64,000 nt of DNA from a candidate division WOR-3 bacterium (GCA_039802005.1 JBDRVV010000004.1:31227-95226), one strand, 5' to 3'; positions 38,604 to 49,001 are shown, counted from the stretch's first letter. Numbers and translations are program-made. Notes: generated from the letters alone by a model not told the origin.

Positions 38604-38802
38604 ATTTGAATTATATTGATAGAAGATTTGATGTCAACAAAGTAAAATTTCTAAACAAAAATTTGCTATTGGTTAATGGGCATGACTGCCGGTATGGTCT
38701 TTGGACATTGTCATCTGCGTTAAAATTAAAATTTGGCTATTGTTTGGAGTTTGGTGCTTGGGGTTTGGAATTTAACAATTTTTTGGGGCTTGGTTGATTT
38801 GC

Positions 38803-40218
38803 TCATAGTTTTATCACTGATATTATTATCTTTTCTTTAAGATTGTCAGCACAAATAAAATAAATCCCTGGAGGAACTTCATTTGCGTTTTCATCGTTAC
38901 CATCCCAGATAAAATCCACAATTCCTGATTTTTTTGGTGCTAATTTTTTTAATAATCTTCCGTTAATATCATAAATTTTTATATCAGACAGATCCAAATG
39001 TTCTGAAGGAGCAAATTTGATATATAGTTTTTCCCTGAATGGCGAGGGGAATGTTCTTATCTTGATGGGAGATATAGCTTTTTTGCACAATTCCTTAACT
39101 CCCACCGGGTCAGTATATGTCTTAACGAGATAAGCATTATTATCACCAGCACCATAGGAATTGGTTATGCCAGCAATTATGTATCCATTGTCCGATGTTT
39201 TTTTTACTGAATAAGCACAATCTGTGCCTGTACCACCGTAAAGAAACATCCAGAGATTCAACCCAGAAGTATCTGTTCTTACCACATACATTTCATAACT
39301 GAAGTTACCGCCAATTACATAATTATTTTGACCCACTTCCTGAACTGAGAATGCAGTATCGTTATTCAAACTTCCCTGAAACCTACTCCAAATTAATGTT
39401 CCACGCTGGTTATATCTCAAAAGACACCATTCATATCCAAGCAGTGTAAAATATCCAGTTCCACAAACAATATATCCAGAATCTTGAGTCTGTTGAACAC
39501 AGAATCCCTTTTCATCAAGGTAAGAACCATAGAGCCCTGTCCATTCAATGTCTCCCAGCGAATCTATTTTTACAGTGTAAACATCGCTACCACCATTACC
39601 ATAAGAGTATGTTTCGCCCGTTATAATACAGCCATCATCAAATGTGCTGTTCACACAATATGCGTAATCATCCAAATTCCCGCCATAGGTCTTAAACCAG
39701 ATAATATTACCGGTCGAGTCTATTTTTATCAAAAAGACATCGTTATTGCCTGCGCCTGATGAATTTGTTGTTCCACAAATGAGGTATTTATTGTCATAAG
39801 TTTTAACAATTGAATAACCAGATTCTTCAAGTGAGTCTCCATAGGTTTCTGTCCAGATTGAGTCACCATATTCATTTATTTTGATTAAGAATATATCGCC
39901 CATGCCCTGAGTGAATGAATATGTAGTCCCAAGAATCAAATAATTATTATTATCGGTCGGACAGATTGCATAACCATAATCGTCCTGTGAACCACCGAAA
40001 GTTTTTGTCCAAATCGGATAACCCAATGAATCAACTTTAAAAACATAAACATCATATCCACCATTGCCAAAAGAATTTGTTGAGCCCACTGCAATAAATC
40101 CTTTATCTGAACATTCTATAACGGCACGGGCATAATCATCATTGTCACCCCCGTAAATCCTGCCCCATTTAATCTCAGGACTTTGCATTATGAAGATGTT
40201 AAGAAAAATAAAAAACAT
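38803..40218 (-). CDS. Secreted beta-propeller repeat protein with T9SS C-terminal sorting domain
   Basis: 471 aa. Repeats of about 50 aa have the form TNSFGNGGxDVYxxKxDSxGxxxWTKTxGGxxDDYxY. The C-terminus ...PPGIYFICADNLKEKIIISVIKL is a T9SS sorting domain. Confidence 0.5.
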   Translation of the reverse strand: MFFIFLNIFIMQSPEIKWGRIYGGDNDDYARAVIECSDKGFIAVGSTNSFGNGGYDVYVFKVDSLGYPIWTKTFGGSQDDYGYAICPTDNNNYLILGTTYSFTQGMGDIFLIKINEYGDSIWTETYGDSLEESGYSIVKTYDNKYLICGTTNSSGAGNNDVFLIKIDSTGNIIWFKTYGGNLDDYAYCVNSTFDDGCIITGETYSYGNGGSDVYTVKIDSLGDIEWTGLYGSYLDEKGFCVQQTQDSGYIVCGTGYFTLLGYEWCLLRYNQRGTLIWSRFQGSLNNDTAFSVQEVGQNNYVIGGNFSYEMYVVRTDTSGLNLWMFLYGGTGTDCAYSVKKTSDNGYIIAGITNSYGAGDNNAYLVKTYTDPVGVKELCKKAISPIKIRTFPSPFREKLYIKFAPSEHLDLSDIKIYDINGRLLKKLAPKKSGIVDFIWDGNDENANEVPPGIYFICADNLKEKIIISVIKL

Positions 40219-40296
40219 ACCATTTATATTTTATTAATTGCCAATTGTTTGTCAATTTCCCCCTTGACAGGTTTCAGTTTTTGATTATAATAGGTT

Positions 40297-40932
40297 ATGC
40301 TTTCGAATAGAAGACCATTTTGGTCGAAAAATCTAAAGGTGGATTCAATGGCGGTTTCTAAGAAGGCAATGCGGGATGCAATAGTGGATGCTGCCCGCTA
40401 TATCTTTGCAAGATTTGGATATCGCAAGGCAACGATTGATTCAATTGCCCGTGCTGCACGCAAGGGCAAAAGTTCGGTTTATTATTATTTCAAAAATAAA
40501 GAAGAAATTTTTCTGGCGGTTATTGAAAAAGAAGCAAATGCAGTTAAATCCGAGATAAAAAATGCCCTTGCCTCAGCAACCGACCCGCGTGAGAAACTTA
40601 CAATCTATGTCCTTACAAGAATGCGGGTATTCCATCGCATTGCGCGTTTTTATAGTTCATTCCGCGAGGAATATTTAAAAGAGTATGATTTTATCCAGCG
40701 TTTTCGTGAAAATTATGACCGATACGAAACAAAACTCATTCTTGATATTCTGCGGGAAGGAATCAAAAAAAATATCTTTTCAATTCCGGACCCAGCACTG
40801 GCAGCCGGATATTTTGTAACCGCTCTTAAAGGATTTGAATATCTCTGGGGAACCGAAGAAGATATTGACAAACTTGAGAAAAAGACCGAGGCAATGCTGG
40901 AAATGCTTTATCGGGGCATTCTGAAAAGATGA
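40297..40932 (+). CDS. TetR/AcrR-family transcriptional regulator
   Basis: The protein is about 195 aa from the internal Met at about 40348. An N-terminal HTH (ATIDSIARAARKGKSSVYYYFKNKEEIF) is typical of TetR. Confidence 0.75.
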   Translation: MLSNRRPFWSKNLKVDSMAVSKKAMRDAIVDAARYIFARFGYRKATIDSIARAARKGKSSVYYYFKNKEEIFLAVIEKEANAVKSEIKNALASATDPREKLTIYVLTRMRVFHRIARFYSSFREEYLKEYDFIQRFRENYDRYETKLILDILREGIKKNIFSIPDPALAAGYFVTALKGFEYLWGTEEDIDKLEKKTEAMLEMLYRGILKR

Positions 40933-41001
40933 CAAAAATTTTTTTAGTAATTTTCGACCAAAAAACTAAAATGGTCAAAAATTCTGTAAAGGAGAACATA
41001 A

Positions 41002-43230
41002 ATGAAAAGAATTGCATCATTCATTGTTAATAAACAAGCAATTATTCTTTTTGTAATCACTGTATTGAGTTTTCTGTTCGCATTCTTTTTAAGGAAAATT
41101 GTAATAAATTCGGATTTGAGCAGTTATTTACCGAAGACTGACCCGGCGGTTAAACTTCTTGATTATATCGGTGAAAAGTACCGCGGAAATAGTCTCGCTA
41201 TTGTTATAATAAAATCGGATGATGTTTTTAAACTTGAAACCATAAAAGCCATTGACTATCTCACCCGTCAATTCCGTCAGATTGATGGTGTCACTTATGT
41301 AACGAGTTTAACCAATATCCTTGATATTAAAAAAACCGAAGAAGGATTGGAGATTGGTAAATTGATTGATGAAGATAATATTCCTAATCAGGAGGTCTTA
41401 TACAAAATTAAAGAATATGCACTACGTAAAGAAATTTATCGCAATAAATTGATTTCTGAAGATAGCAAGACGACTCTTATCATCTGTCGTATTGATGGGG
41501 ACAAATCAAAGGTGGCAAAGACGATTGAAAGGGTCACGAAAAATGCAGACTTGCAAAATATTAAAACCTATTTTGCCGGTTTGCCTTTCCAGTTGAATGC
41601 GGTAAACGATATGATAATAAAAGATATAAAAATTCTTTTGCCATTTGTGGCACTGGTGATTTTGTTAATTCTCTATTTGAGTTTTGGTTCATTGCTTCAT
41701 GTTGTATTGCCTTTGATCTCGGTTGGTCTGAGTGCCCTGTGGACTATAGGACTTATGGCATTATTAAAAATCCCTCTCACCATTATCACCAATATCATAC
41801 CTGCGATCCTTATGGCAGTTGGTAGCGCCTACGCGATCCATATAATTTGTAAATTTATGGAAGAAAAAGACGAAAATGTTCAAATACGAGCGAAAAATTC
41901 TTTATCCAAGGTAATTATTCCAGTGTTTCTTGCAGCCCTCACGACCATTATAGGTTTCACATCTTTTATCTTTGGGTCTTATCTTATTATGATACAACAG
42001 TTTGGAGTTTTCACATCTTTAGGCATTATTTTTGCATTTTTGCTCAGTATAACTATAATACCAATAATCCTTGGGAATAGCAAGAATTTGAAATTGAATC
42101 AGCGGCAAAATTTGAATTTTTTAAATCGGATAATGGAACACACTGGATATTGGATTCTTCGCCATAAAGACATTGTCTGGATAGTGGGAGCAGTTATTGG
42201 AATAGGATTTTTGTTCGGTACTTCTTTAATAAAAACAAAGGTGGATTTTCTTGATTATTTTAAAGAGAAAAGTTCCATTCGGATCACCGAAAAGATAATG
42301 GAAGAAAGTTTCGGCGGTTCAGTCCCCATACAGATTCTAATAAAAGGAGATTTACAGGACCCCGAAGTCCTCCTGGCAATGAAAGATTTTCACAATTTTC
42401 TTGATACACTCAAAGGCGTATATCACCCACAATCCATAATTGATTTGATTGAAGAAATGAATGATGCAATGGGCGAAGGGAAAAAAATCCCTGATACAAA
42501 AGAAAAAATCAACAATCTCTACTTTCTTCTTGAAGGTGAAGAAACGATTGAACAACTCATTAACGATGATAAGACTGAAGGCATTATCCAGGCAATGACC
42601 GCGGGTGCATATAATGAAGAAAGCGAATTAATAATTAAAAAAATTCGGGACTACATTAAATCCAAGAATAACGGTCTCTATAACTTTGAATTCACTGGCT
42701 CTGCAGTCGTTTACCAGCATCTGAACCAGAGTCTATTAAAAAGTCAGTTAATCAGTCTTATCATTGCAATTGTTGCGATATTTATCTGTTTGCTCTTTCT
42801 CACCCACTCGCTCTCTGCAAGTCTTTTAGGACTAGTGCCGATCTTTTTCGGATTATCTATTCTCTTTGGAACAATGGGATTTTTAAAGATTCCGCTTGAT
42901 GTTGCAACTGTGCTTTTAGGAAGTATCTGCGTGGGAATAGGTATTGATTACTCAATACATTTTCTCAACCGTTATTCTTACGAGCGTAAGCAAAATAATC
43001 CTGAAAAGGCATTGCTTACTTCAATAAAATATACTGGTAGCGCAATTGTAGTAAATGTATTCACGGTAATGTTAGGCTTTTTAGTTTTAATCTTTTCTAA
43101 TCTTGTACCGGTGATAAGATTCGGTATCTTGCTGGGAATAACAATGCTAAGCACTGGTTTGGGCGCAACCGTTCTTTTGCCCGCAGTTATTTTAAAAACA
43201 AAAGAAAACAAAACAAGGAGAACAAAATGA
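41002..43230 (+). CDS. MMPL/RND-superfamily transporter (12 TM helices, two large periplasmic loops)
   Basis: 742 aa. There are two 6-TM bundles (about 200-360 and 560-735), each preceded by a large hydrophilic loop. The SSD/MMPL-like motif GIGIDYSIHF is present. Confidence 0.75.
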   Translation: MKRIASFIVNKQAIILFVITVLSFLFAFFLRKIVINSDLSSYLPKTDPAVKLLDYIGEKYRGNSLAIVIIKSDDVFKLETIKAIDYLTRQFRQIDGVTYVTSLTNILDIKKTEEGLEIGKLIDEDNIPNQEVLYKIKEYALRKEIYRNKLISEDSKTTLIICRIDGDKSKVAKTIERVTKNADLQNIKTYFAGLPFQLNAVNDMIIKDIKILLPFVALVILLILYLSFGSLLHVVLPLISVGLSALWTIGLMALLKIPLTIITNIIPAILMAVGSAYAIHIICKFMEEKDENVQIRAKNSLSKVIIPVFLAALTTIIGFTSFIFGSYLIMIQQFGVFTSLGIIFAFLLSITIIPIILGNSKNLKLNQRQNLNFLNRIMEHTGYWILRHKDIVWIVGAVIGIGFLFGTSLIKTKVDFLDYFKEKSSIRITEKIMEESFGGSVPIQILIKGDLQDPEVLLAMKDFHNFLDTLKGVYHPQSIIDLIEEMNDAMGEGKKIPDTKEKINNLYFLLEGEETIEQLINDDKTEGIIQAMTAGAYNEESELIIKKIRDYIKSKNNGLYNFEFTGSAVVYQHLNQSLLKSQLISLIIAIVAIFICLLFLTHSLSASLLGLVPIFFGLSILFGTMGFLKIPLDVATVLLGSICVGIGIDYSIHFLNRYSYERKQNNPEKALLTSIKYTGSAIVVNVFTVMLGFLVLIFSNLVPVIRFGILLGITMLSTGLGATVLLPAVILKTKENKTRRTK

Positions 43231-43976
43231 AAAAATACATAAAAATAACCAGCATATTCTTTGTTCTGCTGGCTGCAACTCAAACAATAGCGGCTGAGGA
43301 ATCTTTGAATGCCAATGGGGTTTTAAAGAAAGTTGATGAAGTCCTCATGGCACCCAAAGACCTTTCAGCACTGATGAAAATAAATATCATAAATAAAAAT
43401 GGTGATGTGAAAAATCGGGAAGTCCAGATGTACCAGAAAGGTGATAATAAAAGGTTGGTAAAGGTCTTGGCACCTGCAGATCAGAAAGGAATTGGATTTC
43501 TTTCTTTACCCGATGATGTGATCTATGTCTATCTTCCTGCCTATAAAAAGACCAGACGCATCGCCGCCCATGTGAAAAATCAGAAATTTGTGGGCACAGA
43601 TTTCACCTACGAAGACCTTGAGGCTAAGAAATATTCTGAGAAGTGGCAACCAGAAGGTTTAAAGAATGATGGGGTATTTTACTTACTTGAGCTCAGTCCC
43701 AAACCTGGTCATATCTCCGAATATGCGCGGGTAAATCTGTATGTGCGAAAGGATGATTACTTTCCAGTGAAATCCGAATTTTTCAACAAAAAAGGCGAGA
43801 TGATAAAAAAAATGGAAATCCTGAAAACAGAAATAATAAAAGGATATATCATACCCAAGAACTATCTTATGCAGGACATACGCAGTGGCAATAGAACCGA
43901 AATGGTAATGGAAGAGATAAAGGTTGATACCGGCTTAAAAGATGATATCTTCACGGAGCGAAATCTTGCCCAGTAA
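43227..43976 (+). CDS. Outer-membrane lipoprotein-sorting (LolA-like, DUF1329-type) periplasmic protein
   Basis: 249 aa with a signal peptide. Its start overlaps the MMPL gene stop by 4 nt. The assignment is the family typically paired with MMPL/RND exporters. Confidence 0.5.
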   Translation: MKKYIKITSIFFVLLAATQTIAAEESLNANGVLKKVDEVLMAPKDLSALMKINIINKNGDVKNREVQMYQKGDNKRLVKVLAPADQKGIGFLSLPDDVIYVYLPAYKKTRRIAAHVKNQKFVGTDFTYEDLEAKKYSEKWQPEGLKNDGVFYLLELSPKPGHISEYARVNLYVRKDDYFPVKSEFFNKKGEMIKKMEILKTEIIKGYIIPKNYLMQDIRSGNRTEMVMEEIKVDTGLKDDIFTERNLAQ

Positions 43977-44093
43977 AAAAATTATCCTCTCCTTTACCCC
44001 CCGAAACAAGCCTATCCTGGCGCCACGCCAGGATTCGGGACAGGTTCTCTCCCACAGGCGGAGAGATTAACTGAGAAATCCAAGGAGGTCAAA

Positions 44094-45422
44094 ATGAAAT
44101 TACAAAAAATAAATAAAATAATTATAATATTTTTTGCATTAAACCTTGTCTTCGGTCTTGATTGGTCTGGATATTTTTCCACAGACCATAGATTTCTGAT
44201 AAAAGAATACGCACCACTGTCTTTTGAAGAATACAGACTAACTCTAAATCCCCAGCAGAGCATCTATGATAATATCAAATTCTCCAGCGAAATCTGGCTT
44301 CGTTCATCCGGTCTGCCCGAAATAGAAAATCTTGATGACCTTTTTACAAAGGACAGGATTACACCATTTGAAATTGATATTCGCGAGGCATACATTGATA
44401 TTCTAAAATTTCCTGTGGAAAATATTGATATGCGGATTGGACGACAGCGGATTGCCTGGGGAACTGCAGACAAGATAAATCCCACCGATAACCTGAATCC
44501 CCTTGACCTTGAAGATATCTGGGATTTTGGCAGACATCTTGGGTCAAACGGAATTAAGATTGAAGGCTATATTAAAGATTTTAACCTCTCTTATATCTTT
44601 ATTCCGCGATTCACACCGGCATTATTACCGCAGAATGCATTATACACAAATTATTCTAATATCACACTTCCACCGGGTATCAATCCTGCACAAATTACTA
44701 ACTCAATTTCTATGCCCGATTACAATATAAAGAATTCAATACAAGGATTGCGGGTAAAAAAGAATCTCTTTAACTTTGACTTCTCAATGAGTTATGTCTA
44801 TGGAAGAGATGGCATTCCAATCTTAAAAAATACCACAATTATCCCAGTGGATATGCTCGGTAATGTTAATATCTACAACGAACTTGCCTTTCCTAAAATG
44901 CAGATATTTGGCATGGATTTTGCCGGTGCAATTGGTGATATTGGAATATGGGCAGAAGGCGCATTATTCTTGCCCGAGAGTATTCATTACGAGATTGATT
45001 TATCACAACTGGGAATGGGTGTGCTGGATTCTTTGATTCTTGATAAAAAACCATATGCGAAATTCGTGCTCGGTAGTGATTATACATTCAAAAATGGCAT
45101 TTATATTAACCTGCAGTATGTTCATGGATTTTTCCAAGAGCGTGGCAAAGAAATTGAAGATTACATATTACTCGGTTTGGAATGGAAATTATTTGAAGAT
45201 AAATTGAAACTGATGCCGCTGGCTGGTGGCTTTGAAATTAAGGATTTTTCTGATTTCAAGAACAATTATGCATTTGTTTATGCCCCTGAAATTTCTTATA
45301 AACCAGTTGAAAACTGTGAGCTAATTCTTGGGGCGCGGGTGATTGATGGAAAAGAGATAACAAACTTTGGCAGATTGAAACAGAATGACGAGTTTGTATT
45401 GAAGGCAAGATACAGCTTCTAA
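44094..45422 (+). CDS. Outer-membrane beta-barrel protein (DUF1302-like)
   Basis: 442 aa with a signal peptide, alternating amphipathic strands and a C-terminal aromatic residue (...KARYSF) typical of OMP barrels. Confidence 0.5.
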   Translation: MKLQKINKIIIIFFALNLVFGLDWSGYFSTDHRFLIKEYAPLSFEEYRLTLNPQQSIYDNIKFSSEIWLRSSGLPEIENLDDLFTKDRITPFEIDIREAYIDILKFPVENIDMRIGRQRIAWGTADKINPTDNLNPLDLEDIWDFGRHLGSNGIKIEGYIKDFNLSYIFIPRFTPALLPQNALYTNYSNITLPPGINPAQITNSISMPDYNIKNSIQGLRVKKNLFNFDFSMSYVYGRDGIPILKNTTIIPVDMLGNVNIYNELAFPKMQIFGMDFAGAIGDIGIWAEGALFLPESIHYEIDLSQLGMGVLDSLILDKKPYAKFVLGSDYTFKNGIYINLQYVHGFFQERGKEIEDYILLGLEWKLFEDKLKLMPLAGGFEIKDFSDFKNNYAFVYAPEISYKPVENCELILGARVIDGKEITNFGRLKQNDEFVLKARYSF

Positions 45423-45512
45423 TTAGCTAGACAGTTAAGGGTAAATATTTATCTTATTTACGGAAATGTAGGGCAAGCCTGTAAAGGTTCGCCCTTGCTT
45501 TAATGTAGTAAA

Positions 45513-46943
45513 TTATTCAATTTTTACCAGTTTCTTGGTAATTATGTGACTATCCTTTTTCAATTGAACAAAATAGACACCGGGGACTGTTAGCGATGAG
45601 ACTTTCTGCCCATCTATGCGGTAGATTGACAATTGTGCATCCGCAGGATGATAAATTATTTTTGACTGTTTAGTAAATGGATTTGAAAATAATAATTGCA
45701 AATCAGATTGGACTGGTTTGTTTTTCGCAAATTCTTCGACTCCGATTTGATTCAGACACCGTGAGAAATAGATATCGGGATTAGTTTGCCCATTGCGACA
45801 ATCACACCAGAGTGCAGCAATATACTGACTTCCTGCAGTACAAGCAGTGTAGTCACCAATAAATGTATTGGCGTATGCCACGGTATCCGACACCCTTTGA
45901 TTGACACTCCAGGTAGTTCCATAATTTGTTGAGTATGCATAGTACTGACCAATCCAGTATCTACTCCGGCCTCTGGTATCATGCCAGACAACATGGAGAT
46001 TGTCATTCGGGTCAACTGCAATCCAAGGATAGAATTGCAAGGTAGTATCACCCGCAGGTGTATCATTTATCTTGACCGGTGTTGACCAGTTAACACCCTG
46101 GTCTGTTGAACGCGAAAAACTAACATCCAGTTGATTACTACCCCAGCGTGAATCAGCAAAGACAACATATAAACGTGTTCTATCCCTGCTCGTCGCAAAT
46201 GAAGGTATATTGTTTAGACGATAAGGTGTAGTAGGAGGACTCCAAGGGCAGGTTATAATCGTTTGCTGTCCGAGCCAGGTAGCACCTAAATTAGTTGATC
46301 TGTTCAAACGGATGTCCTGCATTCCCCAGCCAACGAATAAATTCTGCCCGGTCCCACGGAAAGCCATAGTTCCGTTACCTCCAGAGCCAATTGAAACCGC
46401 GGTAGACCAGGTCTGTCCGTAATCAGTAGAATATTTGAATCTCAATGCCCCGGTTCCACCATAATCATACCAAGTCAAAAACATATAATTCCCATCAACT
46501 GTTGCCCAGGGTTTATCATCAAGGGTATTGGGTGTGTTTGGTGTTAAACAAAGCGATGTTCCCCAAGTCTTACCCCAATCACGGGATTTAGTCAGAAAAA
46601 TATCACCGGTATAGTTTGATGCATTGTAGGATAGCCAGACATAACAGATATGCCCTGAATCATTTACCACAATGCAAGGATCGCAATCCCCAGGATAGGT
46701 TGGTTCATACATTAAAGTCTCAGCCCAAGTTGTGCCGCTATTGGTAGAACGGGCAAAACCCACATGATATGTACCCGTGCGATTATCATTCCAACCCCCG
46801 CAGAATAATGTATCCTGATAGTTTGCCATGGTCGTTTCATTTTGATTGCCTGTGCCCGGGTCCTGGCTTACCTTTATATTCGGTATCCATGGTGGATTTG
46901 CAAAGGCCGCTCCGCATAATAAAAGCAAAATAATGGATCTCAT
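45513..46943 (-). CDS. BNR/Asp-box repeat glycosidase (sialidase-like) with T9SS C-terminal sorting domain
   Basis: 476 aa with a signal peptide. There are at least five Asp-box repeats (SxDxGxTW: STNSGTTW, STDYGQTW, STNLGATW, STDQGVNW, STNYGTTW). The C-terminus ...PGVYFVQLKKDSHIITKKLVKIE is a T9SS sorting domain. Confidence 0.65.
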   Translation of the reverse strand: MRSIILLLLCGAAFANPPWIPNIKVSQDPGTGNQNETTMANYQDTLFCGGWNDNRTGTYHVGFARSTNSGTTWAETLMYEPTYPGDCDPCIVVNDSGHICYVWLSYNASNYTGDIFLTKSRDWGKTWGTSLCLTPNTPNTLDDKPWATVDGNYMFLTWYDYGGTGALRFKYSTDYGQTWSTAVSIGSGGNGTMAFRGTGQNLFVGWGMQDIRLNRSTNLGATWLGQQTIITCPWSPPTTPYRLNNIPSFATSRDRTRLYVVFADSRWGSNQLDVSFSRSTDQGVNWSTPVKINDTPAGDTTLQFYPWIAVDPNDNLHVVWHDTRGRSRYWIGQYYAYSTNYGTTWSVNQRVSDTVAYANTFIGDYTACTAGSQYIAALWCDCRNGQTNPDIYFSRCLNQIGVEEFAKNKPVQSDLQLLFSNPFTKQSKIIYHPADAQLSIYRIDGQKVSSLTVPGVYFVQLKKDSHIITKKLVKIE

Positions 46944-47368
46944 TTTTCCTCCCGGGTTGATAAGATTGCATTGATTTTATCAATTAATTCTTTTTCCAGG
47001 TTTCCATTTGATTGTGCACTACGCCAGTGGGGCGGAATTAATAGTAATGCTGAGGGTGTTCCAAATCGTTCAAACCCTGCATTAATTTCAATTTTGGTAT
47101 TTTCAGCATCAATTGAATTTAGTCTTATGAATATCTGTACTCTTGCTTGGGTCCAGCCGGGATTATCGTCTGGGAATTCTTCGACGATATACTGCGAAAG
47201 AGATTTGATATTAAATTCGGTAATTGCGGTAACAATATTGTTCTCATCTTTATAATCTATTTCATATCCCGACTCAGTGATAACTTTTTGCAAAGTATTG
47301 GTTACTTCTGGTAGCGGGCAGTTTAATATTGTATCATACGAGAAAAGACAAAGCAAGAAAAATGACAT
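46940..47368 (-). CDS. Hypothetical lipoprotein
   Basis: 142 aa with a signal peptide and cysteine (LLCLFSYDTILNC). It overlaps the downstream BNR gene by 4 nt. Confidence 0.4.
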   Translation of the reverse strand: MSFFLLCLFSYDTILNCPLPEVTNTLQKVITESGYEIDYKDENNIVTAITEFNIKSLSQYIVEEFPDDNPGWTQARVQIFIRLNSIDAENTKIEINAGFERFGTPSALLLIPPHWRSAQSNGNLEKELIDKINAILSTREEK

Positions 47369-47476
47369 AACACCTCCTTACTCATAAATTGTAGTTAAAT
47401 ATCAAAAAAAGTCAATAATTAATATTCATAAAAAATACCCTTGACCTTGCCATTTAGATAATTATAATTTTATACA

Positions 47477-47935
47477 ATGTCCAGAATTATTTATACACTT
47501 GGTACGGGCACTCGCGGTATAAAAAATTTTTTCAAGATAATTAAGAACAAAAATATTGACATAATAGTTGATGTGAGAAGATTCCCCACCAGTAAATTTG
47601 AAGAATTTAAAAAGAAACATCTTGAGCGGATTTGTAACGAAGAAGGCATTGTATATTTATACTTCGGCAACGAACTTGGCGGATTTCGTAAAGGTGGATA
47701 TGAGGGATATATGAAAACAGATGAATTTACAAGAGGCATTGATGAAATAGTTAAGATCTCATATGATAAAACCATCTGTATCATCTGCGCTGAAACGCTA
47801 CCCTGGAAATGCCATAGAAGATTTATTGCAAAAAAATTGATGGAGATAGGTTATGAGGTTATCCATATAATTGATGAGAAACATAGCTGGCAGCAAAAAT
47901 TCTTACATTCTTCCTTGAAAAGAGAGGGTGAATAA
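47477..47935 (+). CDS. DUF488-family protein
   Basis: 152 aa. The N-terminus IYTLGTGTRGIKNFFKII...DVRRFPTSK and a CHR cysteine-histidine motif are typical of DUF488 (YeaO-like). Confidence 0.6.
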   Translation: MSRIIYTLGTGTRGIKNFFKIIKNKNIDIIVDVRRFPTSKFEEFKKKHLERICNEEGIVYLYFGNELGGFRKGGYEGYMKTDEFTRGIDEIVKISYDKTICIICAETLPWKCHRRFIAKKLMEIGYEVIHIIDEKHSWQQKFLHSSLKREGE

Positions 47936-48641
47936 TTATATGATACGAATCGGTTGTTGTGGATTTCCTGTTGCAAGAGAAAGATACTACAAGAAATTTT
48001 CAGTTGTTGAAGTCCAATCAACATTCTATGATTTTGTCAACCCTAAGACCTTAGAAAAATGGCGTGCTGAAGCACCAAAAGATTTTGAATTCGTCTTGAA
48101 GGCATTTCAATTTATAACACATTCTGCAAATTCACCTACTTATAAGCGCGCGAGACACACAGAAAATCTGAAATTAGAAAACCTGGGCAATTTCAAGCCG
48201 ACAAAGGATGTCCTTGAATGTTTTAAGGTACTTACCGAATATGCCGAAATTCTTAAGACAAGGGTTATAATCTTTCAATCACCGCCCAGTTTTGAACCGA
48301 GAAAAGAGAATATAAAAAATATGGAAAAATTCTTTGATAAAATTGACCGAGGAAATTTGCTCTTTGGCTGGGAATCAAGGGGAAAATGGCAACCAAATGA
48401 AATCAAAAATATTTGTGAAAAACTTGATTTGGTTGATGTGGTTGATCCGTTCTTAAGAGAATCAACTTATGGCAAAATCTTTTATTATCGGCTACACGGT
48501 GGGAAGGACTACAAACACAAATTCACTGATGAAGAATTAAAAAATCTGGCAAAAAAAACAAAAAACAGGGATGGCTACGTGATGTTCAATAATATTTCAA
48601 TGTTTGAAGATGCACATAGATTTTTTGAGATAAGGAGGTGA
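47928..48641 (+). CDS. DUF72-family protein (YecE-like)
   Basis: 237 aa with an N-terminus MIRIGCCGFPVARERYYKKFSVVEVQSTFY characteristic of DUF72. It overlaps the DUF488 gene by 8 nt. Confidence 0.6.
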   Translation: MNNYMIRIGCCGFPVARERYYKKFSVVEVQSTFYDFVNPKTLEKWRAEAPKDFEFVLKAFQFITHSANSPTYKRARHTENLKLENLGNFKPTKDVLECFKVLTEYAEILKTRVIIFQSPPSFEPRKENIKNMEKFFDKIDRGNLLFGWESRGKWQPNEIKNICEKLDLVDVVDPFLRESTYGKIFYYRLHGGKDYKHKFTDEELKNLAKKTKNRDGYVMFNNISMFEDAHRFFEIRR

Positions 48642-48644
48642 TTT

Positions 48645-49001
48645 ATGTTCTGTCCAATATGTAAGGCAGAATACAGACCGGGCATAACCGGATGTGTAGA
48701 TTGTAATGTGGAACTTGTTGATAAATTACCCGAAGAAAAGGTCGATAAAAATAATAAACAAGATAAAGAAAAAATTAATTATGAGGAGGTCTGGATAAGT
48801 TTCAATCCTGCCGAAGTTATGTTTGTAAAATCCATTTTGGCAGAAACTGAAATGGAATACTATTTTATTGGTGAAAATTTTCAGGTCGTCCAACCACTCG
48901 TTGAACCAATAAGATTAATGGTGAGAAAAGACTATGTTGTAAAAGTAAAAGAAATTCTTAAGGAGATTGCTTTCACTCCTAAATCAGAAGAAACAGATTG
49001 A
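48645..49001 (+). CDS. Zinc-ribbon protein, DUF2007-like (putative signal-transducing protein)
   Basis: 118 aa with an N-terminal CPICK...CVDC ribbon and an alpha/beta C-terminal domain. It starts 3 nt after the DUF72 stop. Confidence 0.4.
   Translation: MFCPICKAEYRPGITGCVDCNVELVDKLPEEKVDKNNKQDKEKINYEEVWISFNPAEVMFVKSILAETEMEYYFIGENFQVVQPLVEPIRLMVRKDYVVKVKEILKEIAFTPKSEETD

Noticed and set aside
43977-44093. Rho-independent terminators after the LolA-like gene
   Set aside because: Two GC-rich hairpins are present (44016-44034, 44046-44066) but neither is followed by a U-run. I recorded them under the MMPL module as possible attenuator structures rather than calling them terminators.
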